Assembly (NCBI GenBank): GCA_040755995.1
Contig: JBFMAF010000037.1
Location: forward strand, 295,782 to 359,781
Reading direction: 5' to 3'
From: Acidobacteriota bacterium
GTDB lineage: Bacteria; Acidobacteriota; CAIWXX01
Length of the DNA: 64,000 nt
The position numbers were made by a program, and so were the translations under genes. Within the stretch, counting starts at the first letter, position 1. Each line of letters opens with the position of its first letter. Positions 18,700 through 28,727 of this stretch are shown one piece after another. The notes beneath the pieces were generated by a model that did not search any database, was not told the origin of the DNA, and saw only the letters and a program-made list of their open reading frames with translations.

Positions 18700-19923
18700 A
18701 TGACGGGCCGGGAACTTGTGCGCGTGGCGTTCGCAGCGCTCGCCATGCACAAGCTCCGCAGCTTCTTGACGCTGCTCGGGATCATCATCGGTGTGACGAC
18801 GGTCGTCGGAGTCGCATCGGTGATCTCGGGGCTCGAGACGTACGTCCAGGATCGGATCATCAGGCTTTCTCCCGACGTCTTCCTGGTCACGAAGTTCGGG
18901 ATCATCCGCAGTCGCGAGGAGTTCATGGACGCGCTGCGGCGGCCGGACATCGGTTTTCACGATCACGAAGTGCTCGCGGCGCGGCTGAGTCGCGCCGAAG
19001 CGGTGGGCGCGGACGTTACAACCAGCGCGGCCGTGCGCTATCGCGACAAGCGTCTTCCAGACGTCAGGGTGCATGGCTCGACCGCCAACATGGGGGCGCT
19101 CATGAACGTGGACATCGAAGCGGGGCGATTTTTCACCGAGGCCGACGAGCGCGCGGGCCAGGCGGTCGCCGTCATCGGCTGGGACATCAAGGACGAGCTC
19201 TTCTCCGGACTGGATCCGATCGGGCGCGATCTCATCGTGGGCAACAACACCTTTCGCGTCATAGGCCTGGTCGCCCAGCAGGGGCGCACTCTCGGCCAGA
19301 GCCAGGACAACCAGGTTTTCCTCCCGATCTCCGCGTTTCGCTCCCGGTGGGGGCGCCGCAGCTCGGTCGATCTGCTCATCGGCGCGCGCGGCGGGGTGCC
19401 CGGAGTGTCGGCAGCCGTCGACGAGGCGCGATCGGTGCTCAGGGCCCTCAGACACACGCCCTTCCGCGATCCTGACCCGTTCGGTGTGGTCACCGCGGAG
19501 AACCTGCAGACGCTCTGGCGGCAGATCTCGACCGCTGCGTTCGTGCTGACGCTGCTTATCTCCGGTGTCTCGCTCGGCGTCGGCGGTGTGGTCATCGCCA
19601 ACATCATGTTCGTGGGTGTGGCCGAACGGACCCGCGAGATCGGCGTGCGCATGGCGGTGGGAGCGCGCAAGCGCGACATCAGGCGCCAGTTCCTGCTCGA
19701 ATCCGCAATCCTTGCCACGGCCGGCGGAGTCATCGGGATCGTGCTCGGCGGGGCAGCGGGACTCGGAGTTGAACGCGTCTTGGGGTTTCCCGTGCGAGTG
19801 ACGCCGGCGCTGCTCGGCGTCGGCCTCCTGCTCTCGCTCATCGTGGGTGTGGCCGCAGGTTACGTTCCGGCGCGGCACGCATCTAATCTGATCGTCGTGG
19901 AGGCTCTGAGAGACGAGACATGA
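18700..19923 (+). CDS. ABC transporter permease, MacB/FtsX family
   Basis: KLRSFLTLLGIIIGV, GGVVIANIM..V.ERTREIGVR.AVGA, QFLLES. Confidence 0.9.
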   Translation: MTGRELVRVAFAALAMHKLRSFLTLLGIIIGVTTVVGVASVISGLETYVQDRIIRLSPDVFLVTKFGIIRSREEFMDALRRPDIGFHDHEVLAARLSRAEAVGADVTTSAAVRYRDKRLPDVRVHGSTANMGALMNVDIEAGRFFTEADERAGQAVAVIGWDIKDELFSGLDPIGRDLIVGNNTFRVIGLVAQQGRTLGQSQDNQVFLPISAFRSRWGRRSSVDLLIGARGGVPGVSAAVDEARSVLRALRHTPFRDPDPFGVVTAENLQTLWRQISTAAFVLTLLISGVSLGVGGVVIANIMFVGVAERTREIGVRMAVGARKRDIRRQFLLESAILATAGGVIGIVLGGAAGLGVERVLGFPVRVTPALLGVGLLLSLIVGVAAGYVPARHASNLIVVEALRDET

Positions 19924-21176
19924 AGCGCATCGGCTCGGGCACATTCGACAACATCCGTTTCGCGCTCGGCGCCATGCGCGACCAGAAGCTGCGCAGCGCG
20001 CTTACGCTCACCGGCATCGTGGCCGGGGTCGCGGCCGTGATCATGATGGTCAGCTTCGTGGTCGGCTTCGATCGCCAGGTCACATCGGCCTTCACGGCTT
20101 ATGGGAGCCATCTGGTTCAGTTCCAGAAGTACGCGCCGCGGTTTGGCAACGAGCCGCCGGAGGAGGAGCGGAATCGGCGCGACCTGACCATAGAGGACGC
20201 CGAGGCGCTGAAACGGCTGTCGAAGCTCGCCCGCGCCGTTTCTCAGGAGCGGTACTTGTTCCGCGGGGTCTCGGTGCGCGCGGGGCGCAACGAGAGCAAC
20301 GGGGCGGTTCTCTTCGGCACCAACCCGGACTACGCCGAAGCGAATGTGCACTTCACCCAGGACGGCCGGTTCATCAGCGACTCGGACGTCCGCCACGCCG
20401 CACGCGTCTGCGTCATCGGTCCTGACACTGCCGACACGCTTTTTCCGCTTCAAGACCCGATCGGCCGCACTCTGACGATTGACGGGCGCGCCTACGCGGT
20501 CGTCGGGCTCTTCGAGCAGAAAGGCGGAGGCCTCTTCGGCGGCGGCAACAACTCGCACGTCGCCATCCCGGTCTCGGCGTTCGACGAACAGTATCCCGAG
20601 GTCAAGAACGGCCACGGAGACACGATACATATCGCGACAGTGCCGAGGCGCCCCGAGGATTTCGATGCGCTGATCGAGGAGGAGACGGCGATTCTGCGCG
20701 CGCGGCGGGGCTTGCGGCCGGGGCAACCGAACGACTTCGCTCTGTTCACGAGCGTCGGCCAGCTCCGTCAGTTCCAGCAGGTCTCGAACGGTGTGGCCGC
20801 GGCGATGCTGGTCATCGCCGCAATCGCCCTTGTTGTCGGCGGAGTCGGTGTCATGAACATCATGCTGATCAACGTCACGCAGCGGACGCGCGAGATCGGC
20901 CTGCGCAAGGCGCTGGGCGCGACTGGGCGTGACATCGCCCAGCAGTTCCTCACCGAGGCGGTGACACTGACGACCGTAGGCGGCGCCCTGGGGATCGGGC
21001 TGGGACTCGGCGTCGCGTTCGCCGTGCGCTCGGCGCTCGACTTCCAGGCAGCCGCACCGCCATGGTCGGTGGCGCTGGGATTCGGGGTCTCGACCGCCGT
21101 CGGCCTGATCTCAGGCCTCTGGCCCGCCATCAAGGCCGCCCACCAGGATCCGATCGAAGCACTGCGCTACGAGTGA
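19920..21176 (+). CDS. ABC transporter permease, MacB/FtsX family
   Basis: KLRSALT..GI..GV, GGVGVMNIML..V..RTREIG.RKALGA, DPIEALRYE; ATGA coupling. Confidence 0.9.
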   Translation: MKRIGSGTFDNIRFALGAMRDQKLRSALTLTGIVAGVAAVIMMVSFVVGFDRQVTSAFTAYGSHLVQFQKYAPRFGNEPPEEERNRRDLTIEDAEALKRLSKLARAVSQERYLFRGVSVRAGRNESNGAVLFGTNPDYAEANVHFTQDGRFISDSDVRHAARVCVIGPDTADTLFPLQDPIGRTLTIDGRAYAVVGLFEQKGGGLFGGGNNSHVAIPVSAFDEQYPEVKNGHGDTIHIATVPRRPEDFDALIEEETAILRARRGLRPGQPNDFALFTSVGQLRQFQQVSNGVAAAMLVIAAIALVVGGVGVMNIMLINVTQRTREIGLRKALGATGRDIAQQFLTEAVTLTTVGGALGIGLGLGVAFAVRSALDFQAAAPPWSVALGFGVSTAVGLISGLWPAIKAAHQDPIEALRYE

Positions 21177-21451
21177 GCTTCGCGGGGCCGCGCGGGCGGC
21201 GCCGCAGGTGGTTGGGCACACCGGAGCACCCGGGAGTTCTACGCCCCGGGCTAAGTTGTTCGCTTCCTGAGCGACAATCGCATCTACGAGAGGCACCGGA
21301 CCATCAGAGGCTTGAATAGCTGCTCAAGGAGGATCTCGGCGACGTCGATACATACAGAGCCGCTGCGCCCGATGTCTACGCAGCGGATGCCTCAGTGCCG
21401 TGCTATGATTCATCCTAGAGAGGAAGATCTGCTCGAATTGAGGGAGATGAC

Positions 21452-22597
21452 TTGAGATCCTTCCCGGTTGAGATCACGCCCTCCGTGATGAAGTGGGCCC
21501 GGAAGTCGCTAAGCCTCGAGATGGACGAGGTTGCTCGCAAAGCCAAGGTCAGCCTCGATGATCTCCAGGCATGGGAACTCGGTGATTCATATCCCACATT
21601 CGCTCAGCTCCAGAGACTAGCTCGTTTCTACAAGCGTCCGACGGCGGCCTTCTTCTTGGCGAGTCCGCCGGGTGAGCCGGACCTGCCTAGCGACTTCCGG
21701 GGATTCGATCCGGAGTCGCCTCCGCGCCTCTCCATGAAGACTCGTCTCGAAGTCCGGCGGGTTCGGAGATGCGCGGCGTGGGCTGGGGAAATCCGCAAGC
21801 TCCTGGGTCTGGACGTTATGCCTCACCCGGTACACGCGAGCCTGGATGACGACCCAGAACTGCTCGCCGTTCGACTGCGGGCTCAACTCCGAGTGGACCA
21901 GGAGGAAATCCGGAGGCTGCGCGATGCTGAGGCCGCCTTGCCTTACTGGAGAGAGCTGGCCGAGGAGACTGGCACGCTGGTGTTTCAGATCAGTCTACCG
22001 AAGAAGGACGGTGCGAGAGGCCTCTCTCTACGTGAGGATGGGCAGACGGCAATCCTTCTGAATGGCAGGGACGCCCCGTCAGCCCGAACCTTCACTCTCT
22101 TGCACGAGATCGCACACATCGCTTTGAAGAGAGACGGAATCTGCAACCCCTTTCAGGATCCTCCGTCTGCTGCCCAACCGCGCAGGATCGAGGTCTTCTG
22201 CAATGCTGTTGCCGCCGCCGTGCTGATGCCGAAGGTCGAGTTCCTGCGGGAACCCGAAGTCCTCGATGTGCGGCACTCGCGGGACGACATCGTATGGGGT
22301 GAGGAGCGGATACGCAAGCTCGCCAGGAAGTACAAGGTCAGTTCCGAGGCCGCTGTGCGGAGACTGAGCACGCTCGGACTGGTATCGAGCCATTTCTATC
22401 AAGAGAAACGAGGAGAGTATCGCAGGCTGGCTGACACCAGACAGACCTGGGCCCCAGTGCAGACGGATCCTGGCAAGCGCGTTGTGGGTCGCGTCGGAAG
22501 ATCCTTCACGCGCCTGGTTCTCTCGGCCTTTCATGCAGGCAAAGTCTCAGCCGCAGACGTCTCAGACCTACTGGGCACGGGCATGAAAAATCTATGA
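21452..22597 (+). CDS. XRE HTH fused to an ImmA/IrrE-family metallopeptidase
   Basis: N-terminal HTH (WAR....L...VA....V....L.AWELG...PT..QL..LA..Y), FTLLHEIAH, EVFCN.VAA.VLMP, KVS.EA. Confidence 0.9.
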   Translation: MRSFPVEITPSVMKWARKSLSLEMDEVARKAKVSLDDLQAWELGDSYPTFAQLQRLARFYKRPTAAFFLASPPGEPDLPSDFRGFDPESPPRLSMKTRLEVRRVRRCAAWAGEIRKLLGLDVMPHPVHASLDDDPELLAVRLRAQLRVDQEEIRRLRDAEAALPYWRELAEETGTLVFQISLPKKDGARGLSLREDGQTAILLNGRDAPSARTFTLLHEIAHIALKRDGICNPFQDPPSAAQPRRIEVFCNAVAAAVLMPKVEFLREPEVLDVRHSRDDIVWGEERIRKLARKYKVSSEAAVRRLSTLGLVSSHFYQEKRGEYRRLADTRQTWAPVQTDPGKRVVGRVGRSFTRLVLSAFHAGKVSAADVSDLLGTGMKNL

Positions 22598-22653
22598 TCC
22601 ATCGTGCGCGAGCACAAGACTCGAATCCGTCGATTTGCCAAACACCGACCGCT

Positions 22654-23610
22654 CTAGCCCCTGAGACGCGCCTGAACCTTGTCGCTACCGAGCTCTCGCA
22701 GGGCGTCGGCAGCCACCCACCGGGCGCTGCGCGTCGCGTCATCTCCACCACGTCCACTTCCAGCGCGCTTGTTCGCGGCGCGGCGGATCTTCTCGGCGCA
22801 GGCGACGGCTGCTGCGTTCAGTCTTTGGTTGCGCTTGCCTATGTTGCGCAGCGCCCAGTTGACCGCCTTCTTCACGTAATTGCGCTCGTCGAACGCTCCC
22901 TGCTCGATGAGGGGAAGTAGCTTGATGAAGGTCCGGTCGGCGGCAGCCTTGTCGTGGACGGCCAGCCCCGCCACAAGACTGAATCCAGCGCGCTTGATCC
23001 ATTCCTCGTCGCGCTTCGCCCAATCGGCCGCCTTCGACCATGCATGCTTCGTGCGGTCGAAGAGGCTTGTCGTGGCCTGGTCGCAGATGTCCCAGGAGTC
23101 GAAATCCGCGACCCAAGCTTCCAGCTGCTCTTCGGCGACTGCCGCCGGGTCGTCGACGAAGCAGGCCAGCAGCCGTGCCTCGTGATTCCCAGTGGCCCAC
23201 AGGGCGAGCGCCAGATCGTGGCCGGTGCCGAGGCGCCCGGCGACCTTGCGGAGGTTGTAGACCGAGACGCCGAAGGCGTTGTCGACGTTGATGCCGTAGC
23301 GAGCCATGCCCATTCGGTTGCACTCGCTACCCATCGAACGCGACTCGGTGAGGATCGCTCCCACCCTCTCGTCCTGTGCGGCAGCTCCCGTCCTCGCATG
23401 GAGGCTGCCCGACTGGACAGTCAGCTTGACGACCGTGTCGATGCCGCGCTTGCGCGTCTCGGGGCGCCTCGCGTCCCGAACCGAGGTCACGTAGTCGCGC
23501 TGGCAGGAAGGTCGCAACCGCGGCCACTTCTCCAGGACCTTCGGGTCCGCCTCGAGAGCCGAAGCCAGGTCTGCCGGAATGTTGGTGCCGCCCTTGGTCT
23601 TCATGTCCAC
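22654..23610 (-). CDS. YdeI/OmdA-like domain fused to an AlkD-like DNA alkylation repair protein
   Basis: N-terminal IPADL..AL......W..L.PS..R.Y...V.DA.RPETR.R; AlkD-like GMARYGI, SWDICD, DERNYVKKAVNWALR.IGKRN. Confidence 0.8.
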   Translation of the reverse strand: MDMKTKGGTNIPADLASALEADPKVLEKWPRLRPSCQRDYVTSVRDARRPETRKRGIDTVVKLTVQSGSLHARTGAAAQDERVGAILTESRSMGSECNRMGMARYGINVDNAFGVSVYNLRKVAGRLGTGHDLALALWATGNHEARLLACFVDDPAAVAEEQLEAWVADFDSWDICDQATTSLFDRTKHAWSKAADWAKRDEEWIKRAGFSLVAGLAVHDKAAADRTFIKLLPLIEQGAFDERNYVKKAVNWALRNIGKRNQRLNAAAVACAEKIRRAANKRAGSGRGGDDATRSARWVAADALRELGSDKVQARLRG

Positions 23611-23619
23611 ATCTCCGAG

Positions 23620-24705
23620 TCACGAGCTCGCAGAACGACGCGGCGTCGCTCCAGCCTCAGCGCGCAGCGTGCCTCCGGCCTGCAGCACTCGCAGGGCGCT
23701 CAGTGTGATCCACTTGCTGGGCCTGCCCCTCTCCTCGATGTCCACCTGGAACTTGCCATTCATTGTGTCGTGGAGCACCCAGCGGCCGTCCGACCCGCGC
23801 CTGGAGCGCACGAGATCGATCGCCTCCCGCAGCCGCTCGTCGCGGTAGCCCAGAGCCAGCAGGAGAAGCGCGATCTCGAGGGCGTCCGTCTGATACATCC
23901 GTGGGAAGCCGAAGCGGGTCCAGCCGGGTTTCGCCACTCGCCCGGGGTGGTGGCTCTGCTTGTACACGTGGTGGCGCAGCATGAACTCGGCTCCGGCCTC
24001 GATCGTGCGTTGGACTGCTGCCGAACGCCGCTTCTCGGGGATTGCCGCAAAAGCCTTGAGCCCCTTCACCACGGCCATGAAGCACGTGTGGCGGCCGTAG
24101 CACATCTCCCAGCGGTTGTACGGCCAGTCGTCGGGCGGAGCCGACTCCCCGTCGTCAAAACGGAGGAAACGCGTTAGCCAATCGATGCCGTGATCCACCC
24201 GCTCATCGCCCAGGTACCCGAGACGCAGCAGACTCCATACGAGATTCCCCGTGAGGCAAGGAATCACGCCGCTCGGCAGCCCGCCCCCGGCACGCTTCGC
24301 GCGCTGGTACGAGAACCCGCCGCTCGATCGGTCCTGGCTGTACGCCAGCACGAACTCGCAGGCCCGCCGCACCCGCACATCACGAGGGTCGGCGAAGTGC
24401 TCCGCGAGCACGATGAGCTGCCAGACAGCGCCTCTATACTTCGCGGTGTAGAAGGAGTCAGGTTTCCCCCAATGGCCCTCGGGCTCTTGTCGATCGAGGA
24501 TTGCCGGAACCACGCCCGTTCGCATGATCGATGCGTGCGCCTCGCGCACTTCCGCGTGGCGGCTTGACCGCCCAAGAAGCCCGGTCAAAGTCGCATAGCG
24601 GACCGCGGGGCACTCCGGCTCCAGCAGCCACTCGACCGTGTGCACATCCAGGCTGTTCAGGCATAGCGGCGGCGCCTCGGCTTTCCCCGTCTCCCCCTTC
24701 ACCAC
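23620..24705 (-). CDS. Conserved protein with a squalene cyclase/prenyltransferase-like alpha-toroid fold
   Basis: WLLE...PAVRY, Q..EGHWG, PCLTGN, F.FP..Y..D.LE, DGRW, PSKWITL.AL.VL. Confidence 0.7.
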   Translation of the reverse strand: MVKGETGKAEAPPLCLNSLDVHTVEWLLEPECPAVRYATLTGLLGRSSRHAEVREAHASIMRTGVVPAILDRQEPEGHWGKPDSFYTAKYRGAVWQLIVLAEHFADPRDVRVRRACEFVLAYSQDRSSGGFSYQRAKRAGGGLPSGVIPCLTGNLVWSLLRLGYLGDERVDHGIDWLTRFLRFDDGESAPPDDWPYNRWEMCYGRHTCFMAVVKGLKAFAAIPEKRRSAAVQRTIEAGAEFMLRHHVYKQSHHPGRVAKPGWTRFGFPRMYQTDALEIALLLLALGYRDERLREAIDLVRSRRGSDGRWVLHDTMNGKFQVDIEERGRPSKWITLSALRVLQAGGTLRAEAGATPRRSASS

Positions 24706-24805
24706 GTTTGCAGATCCTTCCGCCGTCTTCCAGAGCGATCGTTCCGGATACTACCACGTCCCTGCGACTGCGATCTATTTCACCGGCGTCTCCACCCAGG
24801 GCGAG

Positions 24806-26329
24806 CTACTCATTCACCAGCTGGATCTCTTGGGCCAGGACGGCGCTGTCATCGCGCGGCCGCCATCTCAGGTAACTGTGGAATCCCCAGACCTCCCTAT
24901 CGACGTACAGCGGGATCCATGGCAGATCCACCGCCGCCTCCATCATGATCTGCTGCAACTCCCGCCGTCTCTGCTGTGGGCTTGTGGCCCAGCCGCTCGC
25001 CTCGATGGCCTGGTCGAGCGTCGGGTTGGAGTAGCGACCGTAATTCGAGCCGCCGTACCGGCCGACGGGGTCCGGCGTATGCAGGCAGTCCTCCAACACG
25101 TCGCTCGCATCGCCCGTGATGCAGCCGAACCCGGAGATGTAGAAGGACGTGTCGCCGCGGTTGACGGTGTCGAAGAACTGCGCGTCTGCCAGGACCTCCA
25201 CGTCGATCTTGATCCCGATCTGACGGAGCTGCGCAGAGATCTGCTCTGAAGGAGCGCTCAGAACCTGGGGCGTGTGCAGCACCACTGAGAAGCCGTCGGG
25301 ATAGCCCGCGCTCCTCAACAGCCATCTGGCCTCTTCAGGATGATGGCTTGGCTCACGGATCTCCGGGTTGAATCCGAACACGAAGTGAGGCACCGGCTGG
25401 TTCACGGGCGTCGCCCATACGCTCAGGGAATCGACCAGGCGCTTCCTGTCGATCGCCTCTCGGATGGCCTGGCGGACCCTCTTGCTGCGGAAGGGGTTGG
25501 AGGTAGCGCTGCTGAAGGGCGTCGTCTCGCGTGCCATGTCGAAGCTCAAGTACTTTACGAACAGGCTTTCATGTTCGCGGACCTGGTAGTCGCCCTTCCA
25601 AGCGATGGTCTGGCGAAGTCGCTTGTCGTTGCACTGGACGAACTGGGACTGCCCCGCCAGCAGATCCCTCCTCGCCTCGACCGGCGACCGGCCCAGGTGG
25701 AGTCTCACGCGCTGCAGCGCCGGTCGCTGTCCCCAGTACTCTTCATTGCGCTGGATGTCGACCCACTGCCCTTTCACCCATCTCACCAGCCTGTACGGAC
25801 CCGTTCCGTCCTCACGCTCCGCCAGCCGGCTCGACGGCGTGCCCTCCGGGATGATCAACACGAAGGTCAACTTGTTCAGGAACGTGCTCAACGGGCGTTG
25901 CAGGCGGATCTGCACGCGGAGCGGGTCGAGGGCAGTCACATCGGAGACGCTGGAGACCATCGTGCGGATTCGCAGGCTCGGATCGCCCATCAGCCGACGG
26001 ATCGAATAGACCACGTCCTGAGCGCTCACACGCTTCCCGCTGTGGAACCGGGCGGCGGACGTCAGGTGGAATATCCACGTCTGAGGATCCCGGCTTTCCC
26101 ACGACTGCGCCAGGCAGGGCCGAACCTTCGATTCCGCATCCGCGCGCACAAGAGGCTCATAGAAGTGCGAGGCGAGGGCGAAGTCGCCGACTCGGTATTG
26201 GGAATGAGGATCCAGGGACTCCAACTCATACGGGACCGAGATGCTGATCGTGTCGGGGATTTCGACATCCTTCGTCCTGCACACGCACAGCAGGAGAATG
26301 GCTGCTGGAATGAAAAACCGCGCTCTCAT
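24806..26329 (-). CDS. ABC transporter substrate-binding protein, family 5 (peptide/nickel), orphan
   Basis: SLDPH, YEPLV, LA.SWE, FH.G...A.DV.YS, GTGPY, VRQAI..AIDR; signal peptide at 26329; the longer track ORF is an antisense extension. Confidence 0.85.
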   Translation of the reverse strand: MRARFFIPAAILLLCVCRTKDVEIPDTISISVPYELESLDPHSQYRVGDFALASHFYEPLVRADAESKVRPCLAQSWESRDPQTWIFHLTSAARFHSGKRVSAQDVVYSIRRLMGDPSLRIRTMVSSVSDVTALDPLRVQIRLQRPLSTFLNKLTFVLIIPEGTPSSRLAEREDGTGPYRLVRWVKGQWVDIQRNEEYWGQRPALQRVRLHLGRSPVEARRDLLAGQSQFVQCNDKRLRQTIAWKGDYQVREHESLFVKYLSFDMARETTPFSSATSNPFRSKRVRQAIREAIDRKRLVDSLSVWATPVNQPVPHFVFGFNPEIREPSHHPEEARWLLRSAGYPDGFSVVLHTPQVLSAPSEQISAQLRQIGIKIDVEVLADAQFFDTVNRGDTSFYISGFGCITGDASDVLEDCLHTPDPVGRYGGSNYGRYSNPTLDQAIEASGWATSPQQRRRELQQIMMEAAVDLPWIPLYVDREVWGFHSYLRWRPRDDSAVLAQEIQLVNE

Positions 26330-26503
26330 CGCCCGCCCCGGTGTGCGCATTGTAGCACAGAGTCGACTCGGCGCTCGGTCCGCTCGCTTCCGATCGCGCA
26401 GATCAATGGATGAGCTGCGGCGGCCTGAGATTACCGACGGCTCCAGGCAAGGGCTTGCAGAAAGGCCGCACATGCCTCGGGTGCGGTGTAGAATAGGTAC
26501 ACG

Positions 26504-27517
26504 ATGCAGTGTTGCACACGGTGCGGTACCGCTGCGCCAGCGGGAGGGCGCTTCTGCTCGAATTGCGCGGCCCCGCTGGATTCGTCGGAGACGCCGACGA
26601 GGGACTCCGAGTCCATCGACCGAGACCGCCTGGCGGGCGGCCTGCCCGGCCATGCGCCGCCGTCCGCGCCTCCGATCGGCGGCCGCTTCGCGGCCGGAAC
26701 GGTTCTCGGACAGCGCTATGCGATCACCGCGCTGCTGGGCAGTGGCGGCATGGGCGAGGTCTACCGCGCCGAGGATCTGAGCTCGCGCCTGCCAGTGGCG
26801 CTCAAGTTCCTGCCCGTCAAGCTGAGCCACGATCCTGATTTCATGTCGCGCGTGCGCGACGAGGTCCGCCTTGCACGCAAGGTCTCGCACCCAAACGTCT
26901 GCCGTGTCCACGACCTCGGGGAGACAGACGGGCAGCCGTTCATCTCGATGGAGTACATCGACGGCGAGGATCTGGCATCGCTTCTGCGACGCATCGGCCG
27001 CCTGCCAACGGAGAAGGCGATCGAGATCGCTCGGCAGGTGTGCGCCGGCCTCGCGGCAGCCCAGCTGCCCTCGCCACGAAGGCACGTGAGGCCCTGAAGG
27101 AGCTTGGCCTCGGAGATCAGTGGAAGGGAGAGGCGTTCGGTTACGAATACAATGAACACGCCATCCGATTCGCGAGCAAGACAGGCGAGGATGTTCGTGG
27201 CAGCGATGCGCGCGCTGCTGCCGAGCAGCAGTTCCTCGTATCCTGGTACCGCGCGAGCCTTGACTACCTTGTTCCCCGCGACTCGCGCTCCCCGATCACG
27301 CGCGAAGACCCACCACCGCAAGCTGGTGATGCGCTCGTCGTCAGCTCTTTTCCTGCTATTCGTCTCGCTCTATTTCCCCGAAACGACGCGTCTCACCGGC
27401 TGGTACGCCGGCTGCACATGGTGGGTCATCATCATCACCGCGCTCCTGACCGGCTACGGTGTCTACTTCTCGACCGGAGGCCGCCCGTTTGGCGAGGGAA
27501 CGTTCCTCGAGGAGTGA
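26504..27517 (+). pseudogene. Zn-ribbon Ser/Thr kinase membrane protein broken into three pieces by internal deletions
   Basis: CxxC..FCxxC, LGSGGMGEVY, VALKFL, HPNVCRV; stops at GLAAA before HRD; then an extracellular-type piece (WYRAS..LVP...DPP) and a C-terminal TM piece in other frames. Confidence 0.75.
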
Positions 27518-27572
27518 GCGCAAGGAAGGAAGACCCGCTGATGCCGCACTGTCGCGTGTAGGCTGTGGCCGT

Positions 27573-28727
27573 ATGACCGCCATCAAGTACATCCCGCTGC
27601 TCCTGAAAAATCTCCTTCGGAAGAAGACCAGGACCATCCTCACGATCCTTTCGATCGCCGTGGCGCTTCTCCTGTACGGATTGCTGGCTGCTATCCACTC
27701 AGCGTTCTACCAGGGTATCGAGGTGGCTGGAGCCGACAGGTTGATCGTCCGCAACAAGATATCGCTGATCATGTCCTTGCCCCTGTCGTACCTCGAACGC
27801 ATCCGGCAGATCGACGGTGTTACCGGGGCGACCATGGCCGTATGGTTCGGGGGAGTGTACCAGGACGAGCGCAATTTCTTCCCGCAGTTCGCCATCCAGC
27901 CGGAGGACTATCTGAAGATGTTCCCCGAGTTTCGTGTCCCAGCCGGCCAGATGGCCGAGGTGATGCGAGACAGGGAGGCATGCATCGCGGGCAAGAGCAC
28001 GGCAGAGAAATACGGATGGAAGATCGGGGATCGGATCCCAATCCAGGCCGCCATCTGGGGCACGGGTGAGACATGGGAGTTCAATCTTCGCGGCATCTAC
28101 ACGGGGACACGCCCCGAGGACGACACGACTCAGCTCTGGCTGCGATACGACTACCTTGACGAACGACGCCAGTTGGGGAAAGGGGGCGTGGGGTGGTACA
28201 CCGTGAAGGTGACCGATCCGGAGGACTCTCTTCGCGTCGCGAAAGCCATTGACGACATGTTCGCCAACTCGCCACACGAGACGACCAGCGTGCCCGAGAA
28301 GGAGTTCGCTCGCGGCTTCGTCAAACAGTTTGGCAACATCGAGCTCCTCATCATGTCGATCGGTGGAATTGTGCTCTTCACACTGCTCCTCGTGACCGGT
28401 AACACGATGGCCATGGCAGTGCGTGAACGGATGGGCGAGCTCGCAGTGCTCAAGACAGTCGGCTTCACCGACGGGATTGTGCTCCGTCTGGTGCTCGCCG
28501 AGTCGCTCCTGATAGCGGTCGTTGGAGGTGCACTGGGCATCTGCCTGGCCAAGCTCTTCACGCTCGGCGGCGACCCGACCAGGGGGATGCTGCCTTCCTT
28601 CCATCTCTCGACGCGATTCATGGTGATAGGCATGGCGATCGCAGTGCTGGTAGGTATCGCGTCTGGCATCATCCCGGCCGTCCTCGCCATGCGGCTGCGG
28701 ATCGTTGACGCGCTCCGGAGAGTCTGA
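27573..28727 (+). CDS. ABC transporter permease, FtsX/MacB-like
   Basis: NL.RKK.RT.LT..SI, NTM.MAVRER..ELAVLK.VGF, IVDALR. Confidence 0.88.
   Translation: MTAIKYIPLLLKNLLRKKTRTILTILSIAVALLLYGLLAAIHSAFYQGIEVAGADRLIVRNKISLIMSLPLSYLERIRQIDGVTGATMAVWFGGVYQDERNFFPQFAIQPEDYLKMFPEFRVPAGQMAEVMRDREACIAGKSTAEKYGWKIGDRIPIQAAIWGTGETWEFNLRGIYTGTRPEDDTTQLWLRYDYLDERRQLGKGGVGWYTVKVTDPEDSLRVAKAIDDMFANSPHETTSVPEKEFARGFVKQFGNIELLIMSIGGIVLFTLLLVTGNTMAMAVRERMGELAVLKTVGFTDGIVLRLVLAESLLIAVVGGALGICLAKLFTLGGDPTRGMLPSFHLSTRFMVIGMAIAVLVGIASGIIPAVLAMRLRIVDALRRV

Noticed and set aside
26330..27085. N-terminal 250 aa of track ORF 24806-27085
   Set aside because: Antisense to the kinase fragment; the binding protein starts at its signal peptide near 26329
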